Virus record (IMG/VR): IMGVR_UViG_2920580016_000003
Coordinates: 12,918 to 76,917 of that record
Reading direction: 5' to 3' (one strand)
Length of the DNA: 64,000 nucleotides
Origin: a virus
Taxonomy: Duplodnaviria > Caudoviricetes
Part shown: piece by piece, positions 45,331 to 54,435 of the stretch
How positions within the stretch are numbered: the stretch's first letter is position 1
Layout: each line of letters starts with the position of its first letter
The notes under the pieces: model-generated
What the model saw: only the letters and a program-made list of their open reading frames with translations
Told to the model about the DNA's origin: nothing
Databases searched by the model: none
Program-made: the position numbers and the translations under genes

Positions 45331-48246
45331 GTGCCGGTCACGGAGACGCTGATGGGGCTCGGCTCCTGGTCCATCACCCTCGTCGAGGAAACCCCGAAAG
45401 ACCTCTTGGACCGCCTGGCGTTCTTCGGCCACATCGCCGTACAGGCCGGCCGCCTCGACCCGGCCCAGTACGGCGACAACCTGCTCACCACCGGCCGGTA
45501 TGTCGGCGTGCTCACCGGGCGGGACTTTGACACCACGAAGAAGATCAACGGCCAGGGGATGGCGTTGTGGTTGGGCGACTCCGACGACAAGGGCGAGATC
45601 TTCGAGACGCCGCTCAACATCACCGGCAAGACGTTCCCCAACGCCATCAGGGACATCCTCGGCTCCGGCACCGCGGTCATCGAGGGCGCCCTGTACAGCG
45701 CGGCCGGCACGTATACCGGCACGCACGTGTGGCAGAGCAAACGCAAGGCTGTCGACTACGTGTGCCAGCTGTTCAACTGCGAATGGCGGGTCAACGGCAA
45801 CGCCACCCTCGACGCCGGCCCAGCCGCCAACCTGTTCGCCACCACCCCAAAGTGTGTGATCGTCCGAAACGGCGCCGACGGCCACGACCTCGCCCTCACC
45901 GGGCTGCCCGGCGACATGTCCCTGGCCCGGGACGTACAGGACTGGACCACCCGCGTCGTCCTCCTCGCCGAAGGCCAGGGGGAGGCGACCGCCACCGGCT
46001 CGGCGAACATCGCGTCGAACCCGTACGTTGATCTGCGCGGCCAGGCGGTCAAGCGGACCCGTCTCGTCTCCGAGTCGGGCACGTCGACCGGCAACGCCCA
46101 AGCGAGGGCGCAACTCCAGCTCAACCGCTTCTCGGGCACCCGCAACGCGCTACGGCTGTCCACCCACGACTACGAGGTGCGCGGCTCCTTCGCGGTCGGG
46201 GATTGGGTGTGGGTGTGGGATCCCGACTCAGGCATCGTCGACCCCAGCGTGGAGGTCACGTTTCGCGGACAGCGGTTCAACCCCTTGAAGTTGCGGGTGG
46301 CGGAGTGTTCGTGGCCGGTCACGGAGGAGATGACGGTCGCCTACCGGCACCAGGACGGCACCTGGCACGATCTCACCCCCTTTGTGCGGTTCGAGTCGGG
46401 TGCGACGAGCATTACGGTGGGCGAGCTCGGCCGCAGCCTCACGAACGCGGGCAGCGAACCTGTCGGGCCCAGGCCGATCCCCGACTCGACCATTCCCGGC
46501 GTCGTCACCTGGGTGACGCCGTTCCAAACGTCGGTCTACCTGGACGGGCTCGGCAACACCCGCGCCCGGATCATCGCCTTCTGGCAGCTGCCGCTCAACA
46601 CTGACGGCTCGACGATCCTCGACGGCCACCACTACGAGATCGGCTACGGCATCTCCCCGGCCACCTCGTGGGAGATCGCCTATGCGCCGTGGGGCGACCT
46701 GCAGGGCGTCGTCAACGACCTGAGCCCTGGGGTCACGTACGACTTCCGGATCCGCGCCGTCGACCTGGCCGGCAACGCGGGCGCCTGGTCGGCGACCGTG
46801 AGCGCCACAGCCAACCCCGACACGATCCCGCCGTCGACGCCAGCCGCGCCGACCGTCGCCGGCTCCCGGCTCGCCCTCCAAATCAGCCACAACCTGGGCA
46901 AATCCACGGGCGGCACCTTCAACCTGGAAAAGGATCTCCAACACCTGGAGATCCACGTCGGTGCTACCAGCGGATTCACCGCCGACTCGACCACGTTGAA
47001 GGGCAAAACGCCGGCGACGGCCGCGATGATGCAGGCGCTGATCCCGGCGATCGCGACGGTCGAGGTTGAGGAGACGACGGCGCGGTGGGTGCGGGTCATC
47101 GCGGTGGACGAGGCGGGGAACCGGTCGGCGGCGTCTGCGTCGGCCAGCGCGACGGCGCTGCTGATCGACGACGCCCACATCTCGGACCTGACCGTGACCA
47201 AGGTGACGGCGGGCACGATCTCGTCGAACTGGTTGATCGGCGCCGAGATCCGCACCGCGTCTGCTGGTCAGCGCGTGGTGTTGAACGCCACCGGGTTGCA
47301 CGGCTTCGACTCCGGGAACAACGAACTGGTCAGTCTGCTCAACACCGGGTCATTCACGTTGCGCAGCGCACCGTCGGGGTCACGTGTGCAGCTCGACACC
47401 TCCGGCCTGAAGGTCTTCAGCGGCACCACCGAGGTGGTGTCGCTGCTGGCGTCCGGCAGTTTCACGCTCAGGTCGGCCGCGAGCGGTGCCCGGGTCGAGT
47501 TGGACACGGCCGGGCTGCGGATCATCAATTCGGGCGGCACACAACTCGTCAACTTGGCCAGTTCCGGCTCTTTCACGCTGCGGTCCGCAGGGTCGGGGAG
47601 CAGGGTCGAACTCGACATGAACGGCCTGCGGCTGTACGACGGCGGCGGCAGCCAGACCCTGAACCTGGACGCCACCAACGGCAACGTCGACATGGTCGGC
47701 CGACTCACAAGCACGGTATCCGGCTCTTCGGCACGGCTTGTGATCAACCCGAACTTCGGCGCTGATCCGGAAATCCGGTTCTACGAGAACACGTTTGATT
47801 ACCACTACATTACGTCTCATGTTGGAGCAGGTGTAGATGCTGTTCAGATGGGGTCGGTGACAGTCGGCGACAGAAAGGGGCTTCTGCAGCTGGCACCTGG
47901 AATAGTTGAGCTGATTCGCACGACCGGAGGGGCCACCTTTACGCATACCGGACTGAGAGTGAACGACACATGGTTTGATATGCATGGAATGCTGGGACAG
48001 CCGGGCAACAACAGCGTATGGGTCCGGGGCAGTTCTCAAATCGGCGGTTTCGCCACCGGATACACGATCTTCTTCGGTGGAACGATGGACTCGGCGATTT
48101 ACCCAGTGATCTCGTTCTTTGACATCGGAAGTAACGTCTATGCGGCGATCAAGAACGGGGGCGGGGCATCGTCGTTCGGATTCCTGCAGTCGCAACCTTC
48201 TTCTGTTGATCCCCACGAGGTGACATATCTGGGATGGAGGATGTAA
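45331..48246 (+). CDS. Tail tip/central fibre protein with FnIII domain and ~37-aa repeats
   Basis: LSPGVTYDFRIRAVDLAGNAGAWS (FnIII), ISDLTVTKVTAGTI, four SGxRVxLDxxGL repeats. Confidence 0.8.
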   Translation: MPVTETLMGLGSWSITLVEETPKDLLDRLAFFGHIAVQAGRLDPAQYGDNLLTTGRYVGVLTGRDFDTTKKINGQGMALWLGDSDDKGEIFETPLNITGKTFPNAIRDILGSGTAVIEGALYSAAGTYTGTHVWQSKRKAVDYVCQLFNCEWRVNGNATLDAGPAANLFATTPKCVIVRNGADGHDLALTGLPGDMSLARDVQDWTTRVVLLAEGQGEATATGSANIASNPYVDLRGQAVKRTRLVSESGTSTGNAQARAQLQLNRFSGTRNALRLSTHDYEVRGSFAVGDWVWVWDPDSGIVDPSVEVTFRGQRFNPLKLRVAECSWPVTEEMTVAYRHQDGTWHDLTPFVRFESGATSITVGELGRSLTNAGSEPVGPRPIPDSTIPGVVTWVTPFQTSVYLDGLGNTRARIIAFWQLPLNTDGSTILDGHHYEIGYGISPATSWEIAYAPWGDLQGVVNDLSPGVTYDFRIRAVDLAGNAGAWSATVSATANPDTIPPSTPAAPTVAGSRLALQISHNLGKSTGGTFNLEKDLQHLEIHVGATSGFTADSTTLKGKTPATAAMMQALIPAIATVEVEETTARWVRVIAVDEAGNRSAASASASATALLIDDAHISDLTVTKVTAGTISSNWLIGAEIRTASAGQRVVLNATGLHGFDSGNNELVSLLNTGSFTLRSAPSGSRVQLDTSGLKVFSGTTEVVSLLASGSFTLRSAASGARVELDTAGLRIINSGGTQLVNLASSGSFTLRSAGSGSRVELDMNGLRLYDGGGSQTLNLDATNGNVDMVGRLTSTVSGSSARLVINPNFGADPEIRFYENTFDYHYITSHVGAGVDAVQMGSVTVGDRKGLLQLAPGIVELIRTTGGATFTHTGLRVNDTWFDMHGMLGQPGNNSVWVRGSSQIGGFATGYTIFFGGTMDSAIYPVISFFDIGSNVYAAIKNGGGASSFGFLQSQPSSVDPHEVTYLGWRM

Positions 48247-48839
48247 TGGCGGCGATCGTTGATGTCCGTGAACACTATGATCGTGATGGCGTGGACCGAT
48301 GGCAGTTTGATGTGCTGCAGGACGACGGCACTCTTCACGGCTATGTGATGCCGATTCACTGGCTGCCCCAGGTTGCTGCCGAGTACGGCCTGCCGATGGA
48401 CGACTTCGAGCAGCTGCTCGACGTTGCGATCCACACCGCGCACGTCGACCAGGACCTCACCCGCGGCACCGATCCAGTCGCGCGCGCCCGCGCCGGGCGT
48501 CCGGTCACCCTGCACAATGCGGCCAGCCTGGACGAGGTGCGGGAGGCGCACCTCGCCAGGATCGCCGCCGTCAAGGCATCCGGGCGGCGGATCGACATGC
48601 CGAAGCCGGGTGCCAAGGCGCGGATCCCGGTCGCCGCCGCCGCGGACGGCCGGCTGGAGTACGGCGAGGTCGACGCGCACGCCAAGCTCGCGGCGCTCAA
48701 ATCACGGTTCGGGCCGGACATGGAGATCAGGACAGGTCGCGGCACGACGACCGTCGGCGAGTGGCATCGCCAGGCGAACAAGGACCTCGACGAGCGGCTC
48801 CCCTACCGGAAGAGGACACGTGGAACCGATCAGCGTTGA
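48246..48839 (+). CDS. Hypothetical tail-associated protein
   Basis: TAATG coupling. Confidence 0.6.
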   Translation: MAAIVDVREHYDRDGVDRWQFDVLQDDGTLHGYVMPIHWLPQVAAEYGLPMDDFEQLLDVAIHTAHVDQDLTRGTDPVARARAGRPVTLHNAASLDEVREAHLARIAAVKASGRRIDMPKPGAKARIPVAAAADGRLEYGEVDAHAKLAALKSRFGPDMEIRTGRGTTTVGEWHRQANKDLDERLPYRKRTRGTDQR

Positions 48840-49023
48840 CATTCATGCCGTATTCGGCGAGGTCGAACGGCAACGTAACGACGCGCTGACCGAGTCGGCG
48901 ACACTGCGCGCCCACGTCGCCGCACTGACCGGCGAACGCGACGAACTCCGCGCCGAACTGGAGCGGCTCCGCCGCGGCGAACAGCCCGACCGGCCGGTGG
49001 TGGCAGGCTCTGTTGAAGACTGA
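48820..49023 (+). CDS. Small coiled-coil protein
   Basis: AGAGGA RBS, GTG 48820. Confidence 0.6.
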   Translation: MEPISVDIHAVFGEVERQRNDALTESATLRAHVAALTGERDELRAELERLRRGEQPDRPVVAGSVED

Positions 49024-49188
49024 CTAACGATGCTTGGTGATCGTCGTCCTCTTGCGGCGGCGCGCCCAAATCCACGGATACGCCATCCCCATCGTGCAGC
49101 ACATCCACACGATCTCGCCGACCGTCCACGCCGGCTTCGACACCGACCTGCCGACGTTGCGTACTTCGATCGGCTTGTCCTTACCCAT
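49024..49188 (-). CDS. 54-aa antisense membrane-anchored protein
   Basis: AGGAGG RBS before ATG 49188; IVWMCCTMGMAYPWIW then RRRKR. Confidence 0.6.
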   Translation of the reverse strand: MGKDKPIEVRNVGRSVSKPAWTVGEIVWMCCTMGMAYPWIWARRRKRTTITKHR

Positions 49189-49282
49189 CCACGCCTCCTG
49201 ATCCACGGCCGATAAGGGGACGCTCCGATCGTCCCTCACGTTGGCCCGAATCCGCGTGGCCGGATGCGGACACCCCAGAGAC

Positions 49283-49322
49283 GTGCCGCCCTGCGTTTGA
49301 GGGTGCTCCGGCAGGGCGGCAC
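49283..49322. terminator. 12-bp perfect inverted repeat
   Basis: GTGCCGCCCTGC ... GCAGGGCGGCAC between tail and lysis genes. Confidence 0.5.
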
Positions 49323-49374
49323 ACCTACTTCCATTCACGGCCTTCCGCCGGATCGTCCACGAGGGAGGACGTGA

Positions 49375-49692
49375 GTGCCCGATGAGCCGACACCGTGGGA
49401 ACTCCACCGTTCGATGGAGGCCCTGCGCCGCAGTCTCGAATCCGGGTTCGCGTCCCTCAACTCACGGCTTGATCGCGTTGTGTCCAGCGAACTCTTCGCC
49501 GCATACCAGCAGGCTGTTCAACGCCAGTTCGACGATCACGAACGCAAAATCACGGCGATCGAAGCCGACCGCGAAGCCGACAAGAAGGAACGGGACAACT
49601 ACAAGCGGCTGATCGGCCTCGCCGTTTTCACGTCGATCATCGCACCGCTGGTCATCCTGCTCTTCCAGCTCTGGCTGAACAAGGGGACATGA
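49375..49692 (+). CDS. Lysis-cassette membrane protein (C-terminal TM)
   Basis: Coiled coil plus LIGLAVFTSIIAPLVILLFQLWL. Confidence 0.7.
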   Translation: MPDEPTPWELHRSMEALRRSLESGFASLNSRLDRVVSSELFAAYQQAVQRQFDDHERKITAIEADREADKKERDNYKRLIGLAVFTSIIAPLVILLFQLWLNKGT

Positions 49693-50408
49693 TGGGCCGG
49701 CACAACGACGACGGGCTGTTTCGCGACCACGCCGATGACACCACCGTCAACGAGCCAGCCGAGAAGGAAGAGGGATCGCGGCAGCCGCGCTGGTGGCCGC
49801 TGCCGCTCGTCGCCGCTGTCATCTTCGCCGCTGTCATCTTCGCGATCATGCTGCAAATGCACGACTTGCGCGAGCGGGCGGACGTAGCGGAACGCAACAG
49901 CGAGGTACTCGCCGAGCAGGTGCGGGAGATGGGCGGCAAACCGAAGGTGACCCCGGATCCCGGGCCGCCCGGCGAACGCGGGGACCAGGGCGAGCCTGGC
50001 CGCCCGCCGACCTCGGCCGAAATCAGCGCAGCCGTCGCCGCCTATCTGCGCCAGAACCCGCCGTCGTCTGGCCGGGCGCCGAGCAAGGCGGAGATTGCTG
50101 CGGCGGTGTCGGCGTATCTACGCGAGAACCCGCCACCTGCTGGCCCGCGCGGCGAAAAAGGCGAGCCCGGAGAGACAGTGACAGGCCCGCCCGGGCCAGC
50201 AGGTGAACCCGGGAAAGACGGCGTGGACGGCAAGGACTCCACCGTCCCTGGCCCAAAGGGCGACCCGGGGCCGCCTCCGTCCGCCGAGCAGATCTCTGCA
50301 GCTGTCGAGGCATGGCTGCAGGCCAACCCGATCTACTGTTATCCGCCCGATCCGCCTGGCCAGGTCACCGGAAAACCATGGCGATGCACCGCCACCCCGC
50401 CCTCCTGA
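49689..50408 (+). CDS. Membrane-anchored collagen-like protein
   Basis: TM segment, G-X-Y runs (GPRGEKGEPG), three xEIxAAVxAYLxxNP repeats. Confidence 0.85.
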   Translation: MMGRHNDDGLFRDHADDTTVNEPAEKEEGSRQPRWWPLPLVAAVIFAAVIFAIMLQMHDLRERADVAERNSEVLAEQVREMGGKPKVTPDPGPPGERGDQGEPGRPPTSAEISAAVAAYLRQNPPSSGRAPSKAEIAAAVSAYLRENPPPAGPRGEKGEPGETVTGPPGPAGEPGKDGVDGKDSTVPGPKGDPGPPPSAEQISAAVEAWLQANPIYCYPPDPPGQVTGKPWRCTATPPS

Positions 50409-50450
50409 ACCAACCACCTACGCCTGCAACCCGGAAGGAGCACCCTCACC

Positions 50451-50594
50451 GTGAGGCAGAACGAAGCCGAGCTCACCGCCACCAAAGTTGATCGGCAGCC
50501 GTGGGAAGCCACGGAAGACGACGAAGAGACCGTGCTCAAGGAGCGGTTCGGGCCGCCCGACGATGACGGCATCTACCGCGGCGAGGGGGCGTGA
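50451..50594 (+). CDS. 47-aa acidic peptide (not in track)
   Basis: AAGGAG RBS; ...DDEETVLKERFGPPDDDGIYRGEGA. Confidence 0.55.
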   Translation: MRQNEAELTATKVDRQPWEATEDDEETVLKERFGPPDDDGIYRGEGA

Positions 50595-50866
50595 TGCTGA
50601 CCATCACACGCACCCGGACCCACACTTTTATCGAGTTCGCGAACCCGTTCCTGGTGTGCGAAGGATGCGGCCAGCCAGTCACCCGGATGCACCGCCACGA
50701 GCGGTGCGGCTGCAACGACCCAGAGGTGGATCGCAACCCGTGCTGCGGATCGTACGGCGAGCGCAGCACATGCCCATCGTGGGGACCTGTGGACGGTTGT
50801 ACATGCGTGGCATCCCTCGGCTACATCCCCCACGGGCCTGCGGGAACCTCGGCGGTGAAGAAATGA
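50591..50866 (+). CDS. Cys-rich hypothetical protein
   Basis: CEGC, CGC, CCG, CTC; coupled on both sides. Confidence 0.55.
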   Translation: MMLTITRTRTHTFIEFANPFLVCEGCGQPVTRMHRHERCGCNDPEVDRNPCCGSYGERSTCPSWGPVDGCTCVASLGYIPHGPAGTSAVKK

Positions 50867-51636
50867 CGGCGGCGAAGATGCTGGCCGCGGGCCGCGCCGA
50901 CCTCGGCCTGTCCGGCAGGCCGAACCACATCACCCGCGACTACGCTGCCCGGCACGGCAAAGCGTTTCTTGAGGCGCCGTGGTGCAACATGGCGATCACG
51001 TATTGGGCGCGCAAGTCCGGCAACGCCGCCGCCGTCCTTCCGGCCGGAGACCGGGCGTATACGCCGTGGCACGCCGACGACGGACGCGACCGCGGCCTGT
51101 GGTACGCCGGCACCGTCGAGAACCTGAAGAAGCATGCCCGTCCGGGCGCGATCGTGTTCTTCGACTGGGCCGGCACCAACACGATCGCCGCGATCGACCA
51201 CGTGGGCGTCATTGAAGACGTCCTTGACGACGGCCGGGTTATCACGATCGAAGGCAACACCGGCGACGCGTGCAAGCGCCGCGTCAGGTCAGCAACGCAC
51301 ATCGCCGGGTTCTGGAACCCGCCCTACAAGCCCAGCACCAAGCCGCCTGCCGCGCCGGCAGCGTCGACCGTGGAGGACCTCGTGAAGAAGCTGCCCATGC
51401 TGGCGAAGGGCGCCAACAACTACGACGTAAAAACGGTCCGCGCCTGCTTGTTTGCCCGCGGCGGCCTCGACCCGGCCCACTACGGCGGCACGGACGGGCT
51501 GCAGGAGTGGCTCGAGCGGACCGACTTCGACGCCGCCCTCGACTCGGACGTGAAGGCGTTTCAACGGTCGAAGAAGCTTGAGGTTGACGGGATCGTCGGG
51601 CCTCGCACGTGGGCTGCGCTGCTGCGCGTGAAGTAG
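50863..51636 (+). CDS. Endolysin: CHAP domain plus peptidoglycan-binding domain
   Basis: APWCNMAITY, PGAIVFFDW, IDHVGVIE, TIEGNT; C-terminal VKAFQRSKKLEVDGIVGPRTW. Confidence 0.92.
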   Translation: MTAAKMLAAGRADLGLSGRPNHITRDYAARHGKAFLEAPWCNMAITYWARKSGNAAAVLPAGDRAYTPWHADDGRDRGLWYAGTVENLKKHARPGAIVFFDWAGTNTIAAIDHVGVIEDVLDDGRVITIEGNTGDACKRRVRSATHIAGFWNPPYKPSTKPPAAPAASTVEDLVKKLPMLAKGANNYDVKTVRACLFARGGLDPAHYGGTDGLQEWLERTDFDAALDSDVKAFQRSKKLEVDGIVGPRTWAALLRVK

Positions 51637-51638
51637 CC

Positions 51639-51749
51639 ATGGACGGCCTGTTCGCCCGCTGGTGGCATCTCCGCCCGTACCCGCCCCTGGACGCCGCTCT
51701 GGAGCGGCCTGAACGCGTCGACGAGCCCGAGCCGGGCGTCGGCGACTGA
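51639..51749 (+). CDS. 36-aa hypothetical peptide
   Basis: ATG 2 nt after the endolysin stop. Confidence 0.35.
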   Translation: MDGLFARWWHLRPYPPLDAALERPERVDEPEPGVGD

Positions 51750-51836
51750 CCGGCCAGCAACGGCGCTGGCCTACCTGGAGGCGGACCCGTGACGGCCGCC
51801 TTTCTTCATGTCATCCATCAAAGGAGCGCCCTCACT

Positions 51837-52391
51837 ATGCGCACCAGATTCGTGGCCGCCCTGGCGGCCCTCCTCATCGGCGCAGGCCTCGCCACGCCAT
51901 CCTCCGCCGCCGCTGATGTGCCCGGCCTGGAGATCGTCCAGATCGGCTACAACGCCTACGGCGCCGACCAGCCGTGGAACCGCAACCAGGAATTCATCGA
52001 CATCAAGAACACCTCCACCGAGCCCGTCGACGTCAAGGGCCTGCGCGTGGAGGACGCGTGGGCGCACGGCCGCGGCTCGGGCGCCGGCCAGTGCAACAAC
52101 TACACGCTCACCTCGCTGCCGGGCGTCGTCGAGGCCGACGGCAAACTGCTGCTGTCCGCCGGCCACACGATCCGCGTCTACGTCGGCTCCGGAACCGCCG
52201 CGGTGTTCGGCGACGGCCAGATGCACGCCGTCTACATGAACCACAACGTGGCATGCGGGTATCGCGGACACTTCCTCAACAACGGCGCACAGCGCGACAA
52301 GGGCGCGCCGTGGGACACCGTCTGGATCACCCTCGGCTCGGCATCCGAGTCCAAGAGCTACAACTTCTCCCGCGGCTACACCGCCCACTAG
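51837..52391 (+). CDS. Secreted lamin-tail-domain protein
   Basis: Signal peptide (MRTRFVAALAALL...AAA); NQEFIDIKNTS, LSAGHTIRVYVGSG, NNGAQRD; AAAGGAG RBS. Confidence 0.75.
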   Translation: MRTRFVAALAALLIGAGLATPSSAAADVPGLEIVQIGYNAYGADQPWNRNQEFIDIKNTSTEPVDVKGLRVEDAWAHGRGSGAGQCNNYTLTSLPGVVEADGKLLLSAGHTIRVYVGSGTAAVFGDGQMHAVYMNHNVACGYRGHFLNNGAQRDKGAPWDTVWITLGSASESKSYNFSRGYTAH

Positions 52392-52400
52392 GAGGACGTC

Positions 52401-52787
52401 ATGCAGGTACGAATCTTCGGGTACGAGCCCGCGGTCTGGTTGTACGTCATCAACGCCCTGGTGGCGTTCCTGGCCACGCTGCCCGCGGTCGGCCTCACCG
52501 CTGAAACGTCCGGGTATGTGATGACGATCGCCAACGGCGTGGTCGCGCTCATCGTCGCGTTCCTCACCCGGCCGTGGGTCGTCTCCGCGCTCACCGGCGC
52601 CCTGTCCACGATCCTGACCGGGCTCGCCTCGTTCGGGCTGCCGCTCACCGAGCAGCAGACGGGCGCGTTCGTCGTGCTCACCTCCGCCGTGCTCGGCCTA
52701 ATCCTGCGGGCGAACGTGTCGCCGGCGCCGGTCACGTCGGATTATCCGCCGGGCGCGCATTCGGACAAGAACGTGACGTCGCTGTAG
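52401..52787 (+). CDS. Holin
   Basis: IFGYEPAVWL... multi-TM, ends ILRANVSP; actinophage holin type. Confidence 0.85.
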   Translation: MQVRIFGYEPAVWLYVINALVAFLATLPAVGLTAETSGYVMTIANGVVALIVAFLTRPWVVSALTGALSTILTGLASFGLPLTEQQTGAFVVLTSAVLGLILRANVSPAPVTSDYPPGAHSDKNVTSL

Positions 52788-52877
52788 ACGTCCCGCGCTG
52801 GGGCAGCCCACACCCTGGCGTTGGGATGGTCCGCCGTCGGCCGGGGATGGGACTCACGGCCACGGCGGACACGGAAC

Positions 52878-52925
52878 GCCCCGCTCGTCTCCCTCAAGGG
52901 AGGCGGGCGGGGCTTCTTCGCGTTT
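52878..52925 (+). terminator. Intrinsic terminator after the lysis cassette
   Basis: GCCCCGC..CTCCC-TCAA-GGGAG..GCGGGGC followed by TTCTTCGCGTTT. Confidence 0.75.
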
Positions 52926-52926
52926 G

Positions 52927-53223
52927 TCAGCTGCCGTACGCGCCGGCGGGCGCCCGTACGGGCTCCCTCTCCCTTTCAGGGATCTGCCGCTGCTCCATGA
53001 GTTCTTGGCGGAGTTCCTCGACGTGGAGGCCGGAGCCGAGCGCGAAGAATGTGGGAGCCCACTGACCGACGAAGATCCCCCAACGGTCGGCCCTGTCGAT
53101 GCCCTTAGTGGTTTCGAGCGCGAGTGAGGATGCCCAGGCCGCGAACGACAGCCCGATCGAGGCGATCCCGCACGTGTACAGGAACGAGGACCGGATGCCC
53201 ATCTTGTGAAGTGTCTTGATCAT
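52927..53223 (-). CDS. Conserved actinobacterial small membrane protein
   Basis: GGAGGA RBS, ATG 53223; RADRWGIFVGQWAPTFFALG. Confidence 0.75.
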   Translation of the reverse strand: MIKTLHKMGIRSSFLYTCGIASIGLSFAAWASSLALETTKGIDRADRWGIFVGQWAPTFFALGSGLHVEELRQELMEQRQIPEREREPVRAPAGAYGS

Positions 53224-53372
53224 GGCTTTCCTCCGTGAAGCTGCTGCCAATCTCCGTGCTGCCCCTGGGGGATATGCCGATGCGATGACGGTGGAAGATT
53301 CACTGTCCACTGGAGGGCAACGAATGGCAGGTGGCGGCGTGGAACGGAGCCGGGCGGGAAGGTCGGAGTTGC

Positions 53373-53421
53373 GGCGTGGGTGTCTGAGCCTCTGACCAGG
53401 GTGCAGCCAGACGCCCACGCC
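53373..53421. terminator. 14-bp hairpin
   Basis: GGCGTGGGTGTCTG ... CAGACGCCCACGCC (one mismatch) downstream of the - strand LTD gene. Confidence 0.5.
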
Positions 53422-53504
53422 CCTCCACAGGAGGGCTACCGTCCGAGGTCGTAGAGCCGGAGGACCGCTTCACGCACCTCGGGCGGTGGCCGCTCTGCGC
53501 TGCG

Positions 53505-53960
53505 CTACTGGCAGTTGGTCCAGTCGCCGGCGCTGCCCCACGAGCAGGTATCGATCTTCTTCAGGTCTGAGCCTCGGTGGATGCTGGCCGTGTCGCCGTC
53601 GTTGTTCCACACGTACTGCCTGCGGTTCCAGTACACCGTCGACGTGCCGTCCTCTCCGCTGCCGCTGCGGACCGTGACCGTTTTGCCCGGCTTGAGTGTG
53701 AACGGGCCGAACCGGTACTTGTAACCGGTCTCGTCCCGCAACACCCAGCGCTCCAACTGGATCGTCTTCCTCGTTGTGTTCTTCAGCACCACGTACTCGG
53801 CGTTGAGGGAGGAGTTGGAGCGCCGGTCCGCGCCGGGGCTGTCGTAGTACACCTTCACGATCTGAACCGCCGGCGCGGCGGCCTGAGCGGGTGCGGCGGC
53901 CAGTGTGGACGCGAGCAGGGCCGTCCCGGCGGCAGCGGCGGGAGCGAGACGTCTGAACAC
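53505..53960 (-). CDS. Secreted lamin-tail-domain protein (second copy)
   Basis: AGGAG RBS, GTG 53960; signal peptide; LNAEYVVLKN, LKPGKTVTVRSGSG, VWNNDGDTA. Confidence 0.88.
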   Translation of the reverse strand: MFRRLAPAAAAGTALLASTLAAAPAQAAAPAVQIVKVYYDSPGADRRSNSSLNAEYVVLKNTTRKTIQLERWVLRDETGYKYRFGPFTLKPGKTVTVRSGSGEDGTSTVYWNRRQYVWNNDGDTASIHRGSDLKKIDTCSWGSAGDWTNCQ

Positions 53961-54135
53961 GGGCGAACTCCTGAGAGTAGGGGGATGGAACGTGACAACA
54001 GTGTGACGGCGGGGATTGCAGCGGGGTTGCCGAACGGTTGTGTCCGCATCCGGCCAACCACAGCGGGCCGGCCGCTGGCCCGCACGGGTGTTCGGTCTAG
54101 GATCCTCTCGAACCACACGCACCACGGGGGAGACC

Positions 54136-54435
54136 ATGGCCGACTACGACATCCCGCCAGATGCGATCAAAGCGCAGCAGGCTTACGACGCCGCGGATGC
54201 CGAGGTGCAGCGGCTTATCTCCCTCATGCCGTCCGGTGTCGCTGTAGCGGCCGGAGAGGCGACCATCCCGCCAGGGCTGGCCGACGAGCTACAGAGGGCG
54301 CGCCTGGCGCGGCTGGCGCGAATGGAAGAGCTGCGGGACCTGGACTGGTGGCAGACGGTGGACGACCCGATCAAGGCGGAGATGGCGCTCAGGAAGGCCG
54401 CGAGGCCAGGCGATGCCCCTGAGGGAACGGGATGA
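54136..54435 (+). CDS. Hypothetical helical protein
   Basis: GGGGGAG RBS, TAGGAT -10 at 54098; MADYDIPPDAIKAQQAY. Confidence 0.65.
   Translation: MADYDIPPDAIKAQQAYDAADAEVQRLISLMPSGVAVAAGEATIPPGLADELQRARLARLARMEELRDLDWWQTVDDPIKAEMALRKAARPGDAPEGTG

Larger units (their letters stand above)
1..52925 (+). mobile_element. Temperate siphovirus-like actinophage/prophage (left end outside window)
   Basis: Co-oriented, translationally coupled early genes followed by TerL, portal, protease, capsid, tail, tape measure, endolysin, holin and a terminator at ~52.9 kb. Confidence 0.95.

Noticed and set aside
44139-48839. Diversity-generating retroelement acting on the tail tip
   Set aside because: No reverse transcriptase and no template/variable repeat pair in the window.
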